From contig MU057560.1 in NCBI GenBank assembly GCA_013265495.1, forward strand, positions 3,596,909-3,660,908: a stretch of DNA of 64,000 bases. The letters run 5' to 3'. The translations under genes and the position numbers were made by a program. Origin of the DNA: Vicugna vicugna. Lineage: Eukaryota. The notes below the pieces were generated by a model. The model saw nothing but the letters and a program-made list of their open reading frames with translations, searched no databases and was not told where the DNA came from. Below are positions 1 to 12,089 of the stretch, one piece after another. Every line of letters starts with the position of its first letter. Positions within the stretch are counted from its first letter, which is position 1.

Positions 1-17
1 GTTGGGCCCTTGGGACG
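1..17 (+). CDS. SH3YL1: SH3YL1 coding exon, 3' end only (truncated by window start): VGPLG(R)
   Basis: GTT GGG CCC TTG GGA CG then donor gtgagt at 18; phase 2 joins the 853 exon to give VGPLGRNLEGNV, matching the recalled SH3YL1 SYLF-domain sequence. Confidence 0.88.
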
Positions 18-852
18 GTGAGTGCATGAAATGCTCTCTGCACAGTGTTGGGCAGTAAAGGCTGTATTTTTTTGCATTAAGAGAAAGCGTGAATTAAAAT
101 GAAGCAAATTTATAATTTAGTTTGTTTGAGGTAGCTTCCAAATAAGAAATTTACAAAACACAGCCAGTGTGATCAAATGAGAAGATTTGAAACTAGCACA
201 TGCAAAACAGAAACTAAATATTTCAGAAATGCAAGCTGTTGTATCTATTGGAATTGAACATAAAATTTACCTTCGAGCTTTGAAGGAGCTGAGTCAATTT
301 TAAACAACTGAGAAAGGGCAGCATTCATCAGGAGAGAAAGCTATTTCTCAAACTAAATTGTGAAAAATTGGAATGGAAGTGTTTTACTCAAGTGATGTTT
401 ACGATACTTACAGTGCATCTTCCTTCTCTGTTAATGAAGAACTAGTCTTGGGTTAATTGAGCAATTAAATATTTTAAACTGAGACTATTTACAGAAGTTA
501 CACAGTGAAATCATCTAAAAATGTTCCTAAGTTGCATGCAAACACTAGTTGTAGAGAGTAACACAGCCCATGATTCTTGAGACGCGTCTCCCTGTTTGGG
601 GAGGGAAGACAAGGCTGGAAAACACCAGCTGCGCACGTGTTCTCTGCAGCGCCACACACCCCTGCACATCTTACGTACCATGTCCTTGCCAGGACTGCTT
701 TGAACATGCCTAGCTTAGACCAGCAGGAAGCAAAATACATGGAAGCACTGGAGTAAGCACAGAGCAAGGTCTTTCTTTCGGGTCAGAAGCGCGGTCTGGG
801 CAGCCAGCTTTCAGTGCAAGTGCTCTGTGATGCATGGCCTTCTGTTTTGCAG

Positions 853-981
853 GAATTTAGAAGGAAATGTCTCGCTAAGAAGCTCAGCTGCTGTCTTTAC
901 TTACTGCAAATCTCGAGGCCTCTTTGCTGGCATATCTTTAGAAGGTAGCTGCTTGATTGAGAGGAAAGAAACTAATCGAAA
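853..981 (+). CDS. SH3YL1: SH3YL1 coding exon (129 nt): NLEGNVSLRSSAAVFTYCKSRGLFAGISLEGSCLIERKETNR(K)
   Basis: Acceptor ttttgcag|G, donor AA|gtaagt; contains the Ysc84/SYLF motif YCKSRGLFAGxSLEG. Confidence 0.97.
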
Positions 982-1087
982 GTAAGTGCGAGGCAGAGAA
1001 TGCTCATCGATTGGAAGAGTGTGTGGTGAGCAGATGGTACTTGGTGGACTCGTATCATTCTGAAGGGTGCGTGCAGGACCCTGCCTA

Positions 1088-2420
1088 GGCAGACCTCCTT
1101 ATGCTGGCTTCACAGACACGGCCTTGTCTATAGGCAGAAGGACTGGGGCCACCCTGTGCACAGCACATCTGTCGGCAACAGTTTTCCAACCACTTTTGCT
1201 CACTTTGGGTCTCTGTGTCACATTGTGGTAATTCTTGCACTACTTCAACTTTTTCACTATTACATACGCTGTGATGATCTGTGATCAGTGGCCATTGACG
1301 TTACTATTATGGTTGTTTTGGGCTACAGGAACTTCGCCCACAAAAGATGGAGAACTTAAATGCTGTGAATCCTGGCTGCTCGCCTGACCAGCTGTCCTCC
1401 ACCCCCACCCCCCGTGCCCCACTCTCATTCCCTCTCCGGGGGCCTCCCTGTCCCCTGAGACACAACATTGAAATTAATGACCCTATAATGGCCTCTAAGC
1501 CTTCAAGTGAAAGGAAGAGTGTGTCTCTCACTTTAAATCAAAAGCTAGAAAAAACTGAGCTCGGTGAGGACGACACACCGAAAAGCTGAGGCGAGCTGAA
1601 AGCTGGGCCTCTTGCATCAGACTGAGAGCCACGCTGCAAAAGCAAAGGGAACGTTCCTGAAGGAGGTTACATGCGCTGCTCCAGTGAGCGCACAGGTGAT
1701 AAGAAAGAGAAACAGCCTTACTGCTGATGTGGAGAAAGTTTGAGTGGTCTGAATCAAGATCAAATCAACTGTAACGTGCTCTTTAAAAAGCCTGATCCAG
1801 ACCCAGACCCTCACGCTCTTCGATTCTGTGAAGGCTGAGAGGTGAGGAAGCTACAGAAAGAAAATTTGCAGTGTGGATGAAAAATACTGCAAGCTATATC
1901 AGTAAACAAAGAATGCTGAAGCCGTCAAGTCATCAGCTGCTGCCGCCACCCCCCAGGGAAGACAAGCCTGCAGCCCAGCCTGTGCAGCCACTCACAGTGG
2001 TGCCCTCTGAGGGGACTCAGAATAAGAAGGGACAGGATACTGGCCCTAGATGGCTAGGTGCTTGTCAAAGGGATGACTTCAATGAGCCCAAATGTTTGCT
2101 CCCTCCCATACACAGAAAAGCACTAAATTCTTTAACTTGAGATGCCTGATTTTCTTTAGTTAACAAGTAATCTTTTATTGTTCCAACTACCTGGTCTTTG
2201 TTGTAAAGCTTCTCTATATCCTAGCCCCTCCTCTGCCTCTTCAGAGCAGCCCCTCAGAGCCATCTGAGAGGCTGTCATCCCGGGCTGAGTCCTCAGAATT
2301 GTCCACCGAATAAAACTTAACTCTCAGCTTTTAGGTTGTGCGTTTATTTCAGCCGACAGCAGGTAGCAGAGTTTGGTTCCTGAGGTTTAAGGAAAGAAGC
2401 CATCTGCGTGACGTAGAAGA
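1088..2420 (+). mobile_element. Tigger1-like DNA transposon, 5' part, split by a solo LTR
   Basis: Starts (t)aggcagacctc; decayed transposase N-terminus MASKPSSERKSVSLTLNQKLE; sequence resumes after 2362 (ggttcctgaggtttaaggaaagaagccatct). Confidence 0.85.
1872..2358 (+). mobile_element. ERV1-class solo LTR (487 bp)
   Basis: TG...CA termini, 4-bp TSD GCAG (1868-1871 and 2359-2362), AATAAA at about 2309, cleanly interrupts Tigger1. Confidence 0.85.
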
Positions 2421-3169
2421 GCAGTGTTCCTCGTTGAGGGAGGGTTCCTACTATTACGCTTGGCCTCTGTCTTTCCTTGGTAAGACAGAAACAAATTTTG
2501 TTAAAAAAATTTTCTTGAAAATGTCCTAGCTGGCGAAGAGGAACTTCCACTGTAAACTGGCATCTGGCTAATTTTTCCCAAAACGGCTCTTCTACATTTC
2601 CACTGAAATATGTCTGATTGCCCAGAAAAAGCTTAAAAGCTGACTGACAGGACAACTTTGAAACCTGGCAGGAAGCCCACTAGCCACGACCCTGAGAGCG
2701 CCAGACCGCTGGTGCTGGACAGGCGTCTGCTGCCTGCAACAGACAGAGCCGCGTCCAGAGCGCCCAAGCCCGTTCACCTGGAGTCTGGAGTCCAGGGCAC
2801 GCCGATGACGTTCAGTGCAAACCTCAGCCACCAGCAGATGTGGGGATGGGAGAGTAGAGTTTGCAGAACTCTGCGTCTTGCAAAGGCAGGAGAAATGCTC
2901 TCGCTTCTGGTTTTACTAATTCGAGACATTCAGTTTAGGAATGCTTTTAGAGATTCGCGGTTCTAGGCCTTCGGGAGACTTTCCCACAACGTTCACCTGA
3001 ACCCTGGGTGATCCAAGACAGACGCACCTCTTAGCCCCCTGCAGGTCTTCCGGACATGCAAGGCAGCTCCTTAGATAGTCCCGATACAAGTAAGCATTGT
3101 AAGGAAATTGCAAAGCCATATATGTTGACACCATTTTTATACGAAATTTAAAAAGTGAAAACATATAAA

Positions 3170-3295
3170 AGTGTATGTGCTTGTGGGCATATGTTCACCT
3201 GTGTTTCTATACATACTTATACATGTTTATTATATATGTTTATGTATGTGTTATATGTATGTGTTTATGTGTAAGGGCATGCATATATGATGTGC
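3170..3295. repeat. (TATG)n-like low-complexity tract
   Basis: Degenerate tatg/tgtg alternation. Confidence 0.6.
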
Positions 3296-3538
3296 TTTTG
3301 TATTACTGGAGGATGGATGTGCCTGTCAGACCATTTATGGTGGCTGCCTCTAGAGTTGCACGTGGAGGGTGAATTTAGGGGCTTAACATGGGTTATGGCT
3401 TGTAGTTAGGGTTCGAAAAGTAGCATATACAAAGTTCTATGCATGAGTAAATCGCACACAGATGTGTGTCCTAAGTTTAACGCTAGAAAAGATTGATGTC
3501 TGTAAAAGAAATGTTCTTAATACGATGTTTCTTATTAG

Positions 3539-3707
3539 ATTCTACTGTCAAGATATTAGAGCTAATGACATTTTATTTGGAGATATACCACGGCCTGCTC
3601 AAGCAGAAGATCTTTATGGAATTCTTGATTCCTTTACTGAGAAGTATGAGACTGAAGGACAACGGGCCAACGCCAGGAAAGCAGCCCGGGAGCAGAGGAG
3701 GGCTTCT
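3539..3707 (+). CDS. SH3YL1: SH3YL1 coding exon (169 nt): FYCQDIRANDILFGDIPRPAQAEDLYGILDSFTEKYETEGQRANARKAAREQRRAS
   Basis: Acceptor cttattag|A, donor TCT|gtaagg; phase 2 in, phase 0 out; overlaps ORF 3462..3737. Confidence 0.97.
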
Positions 3708-4307
3708 GTAAGGCTCAGTTCTGTTTCTTCTCAGTAGTCACAGAAAAGCAATCCCATTATGTGGATGGAGCATTTTGTCCTTGACACCAGGTTCCTAATA
3801 ACCCACTAACTTCCCTTGCAGTTTCATTTACATAAAGTTCTTGTGAAAGTATCAAACAGCCTTGACAGTCAGCTCTACAAGTTTCAAGGAGGAACATGGT
3901 TTTCCGTGATTGCATTTCTGCACGGTTAGCGCTTTGTAACGTTAGTTAGTAACGCTACCAATAGCTGCTGACATCTGGGGCTTGCAGAGCTCACCTGGTT
4001 CACACCCCTGCCGGAGGGGCTGGGTCCGCAGCACAGAATGAAAACGACAGAGCTGAAGTCACTGCTGCCTTTCCCCACTGATGCCCCACCTCCCTGGGGG
4101 TCAGAGGTGCCGGGATGAGGAAGCTCCAGCACAGACAGGCACCCCTGCCGCAGTTCAACCGAACGCGGCCCAGGAGCTCATGACCTTTGTGAGAAAGTGT
4201 GGAGGATAGAATTCGCCACGTACGCTCATTAGGACAAAGAGCCTTATATGCTCCTGAGTAAAAACGGGGTTTTAAAGTCATGCACTTTTTGTTGTTGTTC
4301 TTCTCAG

Positions 4308-4386
4308 GCTAAAGAACTGCCTCCAAAACCATTGCCAAGACCACAGCAGCTGTCTGCGCCAGTCCAGCCAAACTCTGCCTCACAAA
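4308..4386 (+). CDS. SH3YL1: SH3YL1 coding exon (79 nt): AKELPPKPLPRPQQLSAPVQPNSASQ(S)
   Basis: Acceptor ttcttctcag|G, donor AAA|gtaaat; proline-rich linker; phase 0 in, phase 1 out. Confidence 0.93.
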
Positions 4387-5096
4387 GTAAATACTTCTGT
4401 TGAAATTCAAATTAATAATCAATCAATCATGAAATATTATCTAAAATCAAGCTACATTTATTAATAACTGTAAAGTGATAGCTTTAGAGTCAAATGAAAG
4501 AACAAATGAGTGTTAACGAGAGAAAAATGAATGTTCAGCCTCTTCTAAACACACGAAGCAAATTCTCATTCCTGTACTTTGTAAAAACCTCCATTCTCAT
4601 TCAGAACATGCTTCTTCCAATTGACAGATTTACTTCTGAAGTTTTTTTTTCATTTGTTTGTCATTTCTTCCAAACACAGCTATCCTCCAGATCTGAAACA
4701 TAAACAAAGTAAGCCTATTTTCCTTGTATATCCTTAGAGTTATATTTCTGAATATTAATTTTACCATACGTTCTTGGGAGCTCAGGGTTTCATGAGGGAG
4801 TTTTAAAATGGGCTAAATTTAGAAACGCCAGGGTTTTGGCCTTTACCCCTCTCTCCATTACCCAGTTTTATGACAGTCACTCTTAGAATTCTGCTTTTCA
4901 TGCAGAGCGGTTACCAGTAAGTAGCAACACATCAAAGTGGGTGCCGCTTCACGTGAGGACTGACGTTTGCACAATGGCACTGGCTATGGCCGCCGACAGC
5001 ACGGCGCAGAGTCTCACTTACAGCCCACCTAAAGAACCTCCCTCCTAGAAGAGATGCCACCTGAGGTAAACCAACTGCAGGCTCTGGAAGGAGGGA

Positions 5097-6495
5097 CAGT
5101 GGACCCTTAAACACTCTGTGGCTAAGGGCAGCAACCCCCCACGCAGTCGAAGTTCCGCAGATAACTTTTGACCCCCTTAAAACTGTACTGACAGCCCACT
5201 GCTAGCCAGAAGCCTTACCGATAACCTGAACCGTCAATCAGCGCATATTTTGTATGTTACATGAGTTACATACTGTCTTCTTACTAGAAAGCTAGAAAAA
5301 AGAAAATATTGTTAAGAAAACCATAAGCAAGAAAAAAATGCACTTACGGTGCTGTGCTGTATGTGTCATTACCGAACGTTGACGGCATCTATCTACACGG
5401 TGCGTCATCTACACCAGTGTTGTCTTAGAGGATACAAAGCACTGTAAATGTTACAGGTACTAACACCAGACTCCAAAAGTGAACATACAATGTGAAAAAG
5501 AAATTCATATGTGCAGGTATAGTGATTGATAAGAAAGCAGCAATATTGATCGCCTCATGGTGCCTAGCCCAGCCTGTACCCTGATGAATGAGTTGTAAAA
5601 TTTTTAAGGGGCATACTTTTACAGTCATATTCATAACACAGTGTTGGAAACACTGTTACATTAAAAAAAAACACTTACCTCTGATGATAGACTGTTACAG
5701 AGTCTCTGATTATCAGAGAGGGAGAATAGGGGGCATACTGTACAGCAATGCAGTTCTTTGGAAGCAAAGTTATAAAACAGAGAGAAAATGAACACATAAC
5801 TTTATATTAGCTATGACTCCCCTTGTGTCTGTGTGAGGATGGGCTCTCCACTTCAACACGAGTCTCACACGTGATGCTCTAGGTGAGGGTGATGGTGACA
5901 CAGAGCCGTCTCATACAGTTATCAGATTTTTCACAGGATGACACACGTGCACAACAGGTAAGTTTATTAACTGCACAACATGGTAATTATTTACTGTTCA
6001 TTAAGTGGAAGTGGATCCTAATGAAGGTCTTCACCGTCTCATCTTCACGTTTAGTAGGCTGAGGAGGAGGAGGTGGAGGGGGATCCTGCTGACTTGGGGG
6101 TGAGAGGTGGCGAGGTGGGGAGGTGGGAGGGGGCAGGAGAGACAGGTACACTCAGTGTAACTTTACGGAAACACATCATAATTTCTGTCTGCCGTTGTGC
6201 TTTTTTATTTCTCTAAGACTGTTTCTGTGCAGTGCCAACACTTTTCCACCGTTTGCTTGAGTTTCTGTGCCGTATCGCACAAGGGTCCATGTTGTAAAGA
6301 AGCAGTTGGAAATACTCAGCCCTCTGCCAGGTTGTCTGGTGTTGGTTCTGTTTCCTGGCACCACTTCTTCTGCGCCTTCCTCGCCATCTGGCGCGGATTC
6401 AGGAGTGCCGTCTCCATCAAATCATCCTCTGTTGATTCCTCTGGTGTGGGGTCTCTTAGCTCTTGAAAGTCTCCGACATCCATATCTTGAAACCC

Positions 6496-6529
<34 letters not shown>

Positions 6530-7430
6530 GTCTCTGCTGCCACATCCACAGTCTTTCATGCTTTCCTTGACTGGCTCTGTAGTAAATCCTGTGAAGTCGT
6601 GCACAGCATCTAGAATGGTTTTCTCCAGCAGGAATTAATTGCTTCAGGCTTGGTGGCTTTCATGACTTTTTCTAGAAGAGTATGGCGTCTTCGATAGTGT
6701 AATCCTTCCAGACTGTAATGATGCTCTCTCTTTGGGGTTCTCTTCCACAGTGTTGACAGTCCTTTCCATAGATCACCATGTGTAATGAGCCTAAAAGGTC
6801 CCTTTGACCCCTGATCTGGAGGCTGAATGAGAGACTGTGTTTGGGGCCACATACACCGCTTGAACTCATGAACTCATGGGGTTCTGGGTGGCTGGGGGCA
6901 TTGTCTAATTTGAAAAGGCAGTCCCTTATTACAGGCAAGATATTTCCTGACTTTAGAGACAAAGTGTCAATGCAACCAGTCCAGAGAATGTGTTGTCCAG
7001 GCCTGCTTGTTACAGAATGAAAAGACTGGCAGCTGGTGTTTATCTTTCCCTCCTGGGTTCGGGGTTAAAGCCTGACAGTCAAGAGCAGCCCTGACCATGA
7101 GCCTGACTGCATTGCACAGAAGAGTAGTAAGTCTGTCCCTCCCTGCCTTAACGCCTGGTGCTTTACTCTCATCTTTACTAACAAATGTCATTTTTTATTT
7201 TTCCCACCCAGAATAGGGTACATTCATCTGCATTAAAACCTTGTTCAGACACATATCCTTCCTCCTCAGTGATTTTCTTAGTGGCGTCTGGGAACCCATC
7301 TGCTGCCTCTTGGATGGCAGAAGCTGCTTCTCATGTCATCTTGACATTTTACAAGCCAAACCTCTTTCTAAAGTTATCCAGCTGTCCTTTGCTGGCGTGA
7401 AATTCTCCAGCTTTAGATCCCTCACCTTCC
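5097..7430 (-). mobile_element. Tigger2-like DNA transposon with decayed DDE transposase
   Basis: Terminal cagtggacccttaaaca; minus-strand remnants KAPGVKAGRDRLT, LDNAPSHPEP, SLIQPPDQG typical of pogo/Tigger transposases, with frameshifts and stops. Confidence 0.85.
6498..6526. repeat. (CA)14 microsatellite
   Basis: Perfect dinucleotide run. Confidence 0.95.
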
Positions 7431-7439
7431 GTTTGCTTT

Positions 7440-8425
7440 AAGTTGTAATACAGTGGCTCCTTTATGATACATTAATTGGCCGTAAGTGTGTGGGTTCATT
7501 TCTGGGCTTTCTATCCCGTTCCATTGATCTGTGTGTCTGTTTTTGTGCAAGTCCCATACTGTTTTGATGACTGTAGCTTTGTAGTATAGTTTGAAGTCAG
7601 AGACTGTGATTCCTCCAGACTCTGTTCTTTCTCAAGGCTGTTTTGGCTAGTTGAAGTCTTTTGTGTTTCCATACACATTTTAACATTTATTGTTCCAGTT
7701 CTGTGAAAAATGGCATTGGTTATTTGATAGACATTCCACTGAATCTGTAGATTGCCTTGGGTAGTATGGCCATTTTAACAGTATGGATTCTTCTGATCCA
7801 AGAACACGACATATCTTTCCATCTGTCTGTGTTGTCTTCAATTTCATCAGTGTCACACTTTTCAGAGTAGAGGTCCTTTTCCTCCTTGGGTGGGTTGATT
7901 CCTAGGTATTTTTTTCTTTTTGATGCAATGGTAAATTGACTCTTTTCTTAGTTACTCTTTCTGATATTTCATTGTTAGTGTATAGAAATGCAACAGATTT
8001 CTGTATATTAATTTTTGTGTCCTACAATTTTACCGGATTCATTGATGAGCTCTGATAGTTTTCTGGTGGCGCTTTAGGGTCTTCTGTGTATAGTATCATG
8101 TCATCTGCAAACAGTGACAGTTTTACTTCTTCCTTTACAATTTGGATTCCTTTCATTTTTCTTCTCTGATTGCTGTGGCTAGGACTTGCAAAACTATGTC
8201 GAAGAAAAGTGGTGAGAGCGGTCATTCTTGTCTCGTTCCTGACCTGGGAGGAAGCGCTTCCAGCTCTTCACGGCTGAGCGTGATGTTGTCTGTGGTTTGT
8301 CATATACCGCCTTTGCTATGTGAGGCATGTTCTCTCCACGCCCACTTTCTGGAGAGTTTTTATCATAAGTGGATGTTGAACTTTATCAAAAGCTTTTTCT
8401 GCATCTGTTGAGATAATCATATGGG
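7440..8425 (-). mobile_element. L1 ORF2 fragment (reverse transcriptase region)
   Basis: Minus-strand [27 protein letters not shown]. Confidence 0.92.
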
Positions 8426-9589
8426 TTTTTTAAATTCTTACTTTTATTGAAGTTTTGTATTTCCAGTCATGGTTAAGGTCTTCCCACCTCCTCAGGAGAT
8501 TGCACTCATGGTGTCCTACATTGTCTTGCAGTACTTTATTCTCACAATTACTGTACGCTTACTGTTTTTACCTTAAGACCACTTTACCAATATACCCCTC
8601 CACCCCCAATATGCAATTCTAGTTAAAATAATATTATGTACTTCTATGAATTCTATGATTTATGGATATTAATTACAATAATAAATGCATACACTAATAA
8701 ATTTGGCATTTGTATGATAATCTTCCCACTTTATGCTTTCCGTTGGTTGGTATTTTATGTCTTTCCTGACATTTTATAGGTTCTGTGCTTCTCTTATTAA
8801 ATGTATAAGTACTTTACAATTTTGGTTTTCTGTGGTGAGTGGAATGTACTGTCCCACTTGCATTGTAGATTGCTTATTTTAATAGCTGAGAAAGCCTCAA
8901 TTTGCATTTATTTTGTCTTACGTATTGTCACCTACCTGAAATCTCTTATTTCTAGTCAGGTTTTTAAAATAGACTCTCTTGGGATGCTTTTATGCCCTCT
9001 TTCCCACCTTGCCATTGCTTAATTCTGTATTTTTATACAAATAAACTTCTTAGGCCAGTTGCCTTCACGTTGGAGCACAACCCTCCTCAGGGGCCACCCA
9101 GAGACTGTGCAGGGCACGTGGGCACAGATAATTCGGGAGATGCAATTTCCAGATCTCCAGTTCCCACAAGTGTTCATCCTTAACGCTGACCCATGACATG
9201 AGGCTGTCCTCTGTCTGCTGGCCTTTCATGGGAGCTTTATTCACACTTGAACAAAAGCACTGGCAAATCATCTTAACCATTTGCACTGAGTTGTCCACAC
9301 AATGTGAGGATAATGATCCAGTTTGAAATGTGGATGTTGATCTTGGTGCAGTCAGTAAGGCTGATGAGCAGTAATTAGTTTGGTAGATTAGGTGATTTCT
9401 ATTTTTTTGCTTTTAGCAAAGTTGAAGGGGGGACCTAATGACATTGTTATCTGAATTTACAGTGAGTAGTAATTAATATTATCATTATATATTAATTATT
9501 TTAAAAATCACATAGCAATTTATCACCAAAATAAAAAGTTATAATAGTAAGTTTATTACTTTATAAGTAATATTTTATTATTGTTGCTT

Positions 9590-10357
9590 TTAGGTGATCA
9601 CTGTATGATTTTTTACCTCTGTTTTGGAAGGGATGTAGAAGAACTCTGTCACATTGCTATAAAATATCTCTTTCTTGCCCTCTCTAGTTTTTATAAAAAA
9701 CAGCTTTCTTAGCACCTATATCTTTAAAAAGGACCACTGAAATACAATTTGATGTTGAACTATGTCATTCCAGAAACAAGAAATAGTCATCTTGTATGTC
9801 AATTGTTAAAAGTCTTGCTCATACATTGAGATGCATTTCAAATAAAATTTTACTTTCATGTTTAGTAAATTAACAAATTCGTAATATATTTCACATTTTG
9901 ATCAATATATACCAACATGAAACTCAATCTAAGAAATTATTTAATAGAGGATTGTGTTACTTAAAATTTTAAAATAAATTTATGTACAAATTTTTGTTGT
10001 AGAAACTTATATAAAAATATATTAATACATTAGTAAAAAATATTTGTGACAAATGGAATGAATATATGATTTGAAGGTTAAAAATGAACAGCATGTAATC
10101 TCTGACTATTAAGAAATATCTCACTGATTTTCTTTAATGAATGATGGTGAGTTCAAATCACTATCACATTGAGATCCTTTTATTCAAAAAAGGGGAGATA
10201 TGATTAAGTAACTGATAGTGAAATATGCTGAACATTATTACACCCTTAAGCTCATATTCAACAATTTTAGGTATCAATTAAGTATACACAAGTGAACACT
10301 TGCTGTTTAAAAATTACCTTAGGTGTTAAGCAAGCAAGAATGCTTGAAAATCACTGG
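9590..10357 (+). mobile_element. Old hAT-Charlie-like DNA transposon, 3' portion
   Basis: gagatgcatttcaaataaaatttt and terminal gcttgaaaatcactg resemble recalled Charlie7-type ends; heavily diverged. Confidence 0.5.
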
Positions 10358-10714
10358 CTCGGGGATTGCAGGGTTTTTATGTGGGTATTTTACAATCACT
10401 TCTGGAAAAAGATGTGCATGTTTTTCATAGACGTGTAACTGCAAGGCCCTGAGCTGCCGTTTATATGCATCTGGTCACACAGACACCAGATATTCACCCC
10501 CTGCATTGTGCTTGGTCTATTTCCTGTGTTTGTTCAGATACTCCTCTTGATTTAAAGATGACAAATTAATGATATTTCTATCATTACAGTGACAGTAATT
10601 TAAAATACTTGCTCAGCCAGGGCAAGATTTGCCATTCTGGAGTATCTTGTATACCATACACTAATAAGGGTTCTGAACGCTCCCCCCTTATACTTGTCTG
10701 TTTCCTTTTTGCAG

Positions 10715-10771
10715 GTAGCAGAAGTGAAAATAAGCTCTACCCTGAACTTCCCAGCTGTCGTGAGAGAGCTG
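10715..10771 (+). CDS. SH3YL1: SH3YL1 coding exon (57 nt, symmetric phase 1-1): SRSENKLYPELPSCRERA(G)
   Basis: Acceptor ttcctttttgcag|G, donor CTG|gtaagt; resembles recalled human NRNEYKLYPGLSSYHERVG; frame-preserving, so skippable. Confidence 0.9.
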
Positions 10772-11275
10772 GTAAGTAAAAAACCTCTGTTCTGAAATGA
10801 TTCACAACCATCTCCTAATCACAAACTTCCTACTTAATCTGGCAGGACGTGACAGTATCTGGGAACCCCGCCTGGGTTTGTGGGCGACCCACCGCACCGT
10901 GAGAAGCGCTTCAGTTAACACGTGCGACGCACAGTTAGACACTGAGCTTGAGGGGTCGCCAGGCTGAGCTTGCTGGGAGGTGCCCTCTCTCCCGAGGGAA
11001 CAGGGACGTTGGCCACAGTGTGCAGAGGCTGTGAACCCCCTGCAAAGGCCTGGGGACTAGAGTTCCTTTCCTCAGACTTCTCTGAAGTCTGCACCTGCAG
11101 CCCAGGTGCCTCAAACATATTAGAAATATCTCTTTAAAAGCAAAGAGGGAAAATGTTTAGTAATAAGAAACAAAACCCTGGTGGGCTCTGGAGGCAGAGG
11201 CTCAGACTTACACCCCGTACTTCCATTCACCAAAGACAATGTTCCCTCCCGTGGCTGGGCGGTTGGTTGGGTTTT

Positions 11276-12089
11276 GTTTTGTTTTGTTTTGTTTTTTAAC
11301 ATTTTTTATTGATTTATAATCATTTTACAATGTTGTGTCAAATTCCAGTGTTCAGCACAATTTTTCAGTCATTCATGGACATATACACACTCATTGTCAC
11401 ATTTTTTTCTCTGTGATTTATCATAACATTTTGTGTATATTTCCCTGTGCTATAAATAGTGTAATCTTGTCTATCTATTCTACAATTTTGAGATCCAAGT
11501 CTATCCCTTCCCACCCTCCACCCCCCTGGTAACCACAAGTCTGTATTCTCTGTCTGTGTGTCTATTTCTGTCCTGTATTTATGCTTTGTTTTTGTTTGTT
11601 TGTTTGTTTTTGTTTTTTAGATTNNNNNNNNNNNNNNNNNNNNNNNNNNNNNNNNNNTCTTTCTGGCTTACTTCACTTAGAATGACATTCTCCAGGAGCA
11701 TCCATGTTGCTGCAAATGGCATTATGTTGTCGGTTTTTATGGCTGAGTTAGTATTCCATTGTATAAATATACCACATCTTCTTTATCCAGTCACCTGTTG
11801 ATGGACATTTAGGCTGTTTCCATGTTTTGGCTATTGTAAATAGTGCTTCTATGAACATTGGAGTGCAGGTGTCATCCTGAAGTAGATTTCCTTCTGGATA
11901 CAAGCCCAGGAGTGGGATTCCTGGGTCATATGGTAAGTCTATTCCTAGTCTTTTGAGGAGTCTCCACACTGTTTTCCACAGTGACTGCACCAAACTGCAT
12001 TCCCACCAGCAGTGTAGGAGGGTTCCCCTTTCTCTACAGCCTCTCCAGCATTTGTCATTTGTGGATTTTTGAATGATGGCCATTCTGAC
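11276..12089 (-). mobile_element. Young 5'-truncated camelid-type L1 with 16-bp TSD
   Basis: TSD cggttggttgggtttt at 11260-11275 and 12090-12105; ORF2 C-terminus open for 111 aa ([19 protein letters not shown]...); tail decayed to (GTTTT)n; 34-N gap at 11624-11657. Confidence 0.95.

Noticed and set aside
6610..7191. Possible domesticated Tigger (TIGD-like) gene
   Set aside because: Transposase is split over several frames with stops and is truncated by an L1
10712..10721. CAG|GTAGCAG as a recursive splice site or tandem acceptor
   Set aside because: GTAGCA is a weak donor, the intron is only about 6 kb, and the alternative AGs would shift the frame
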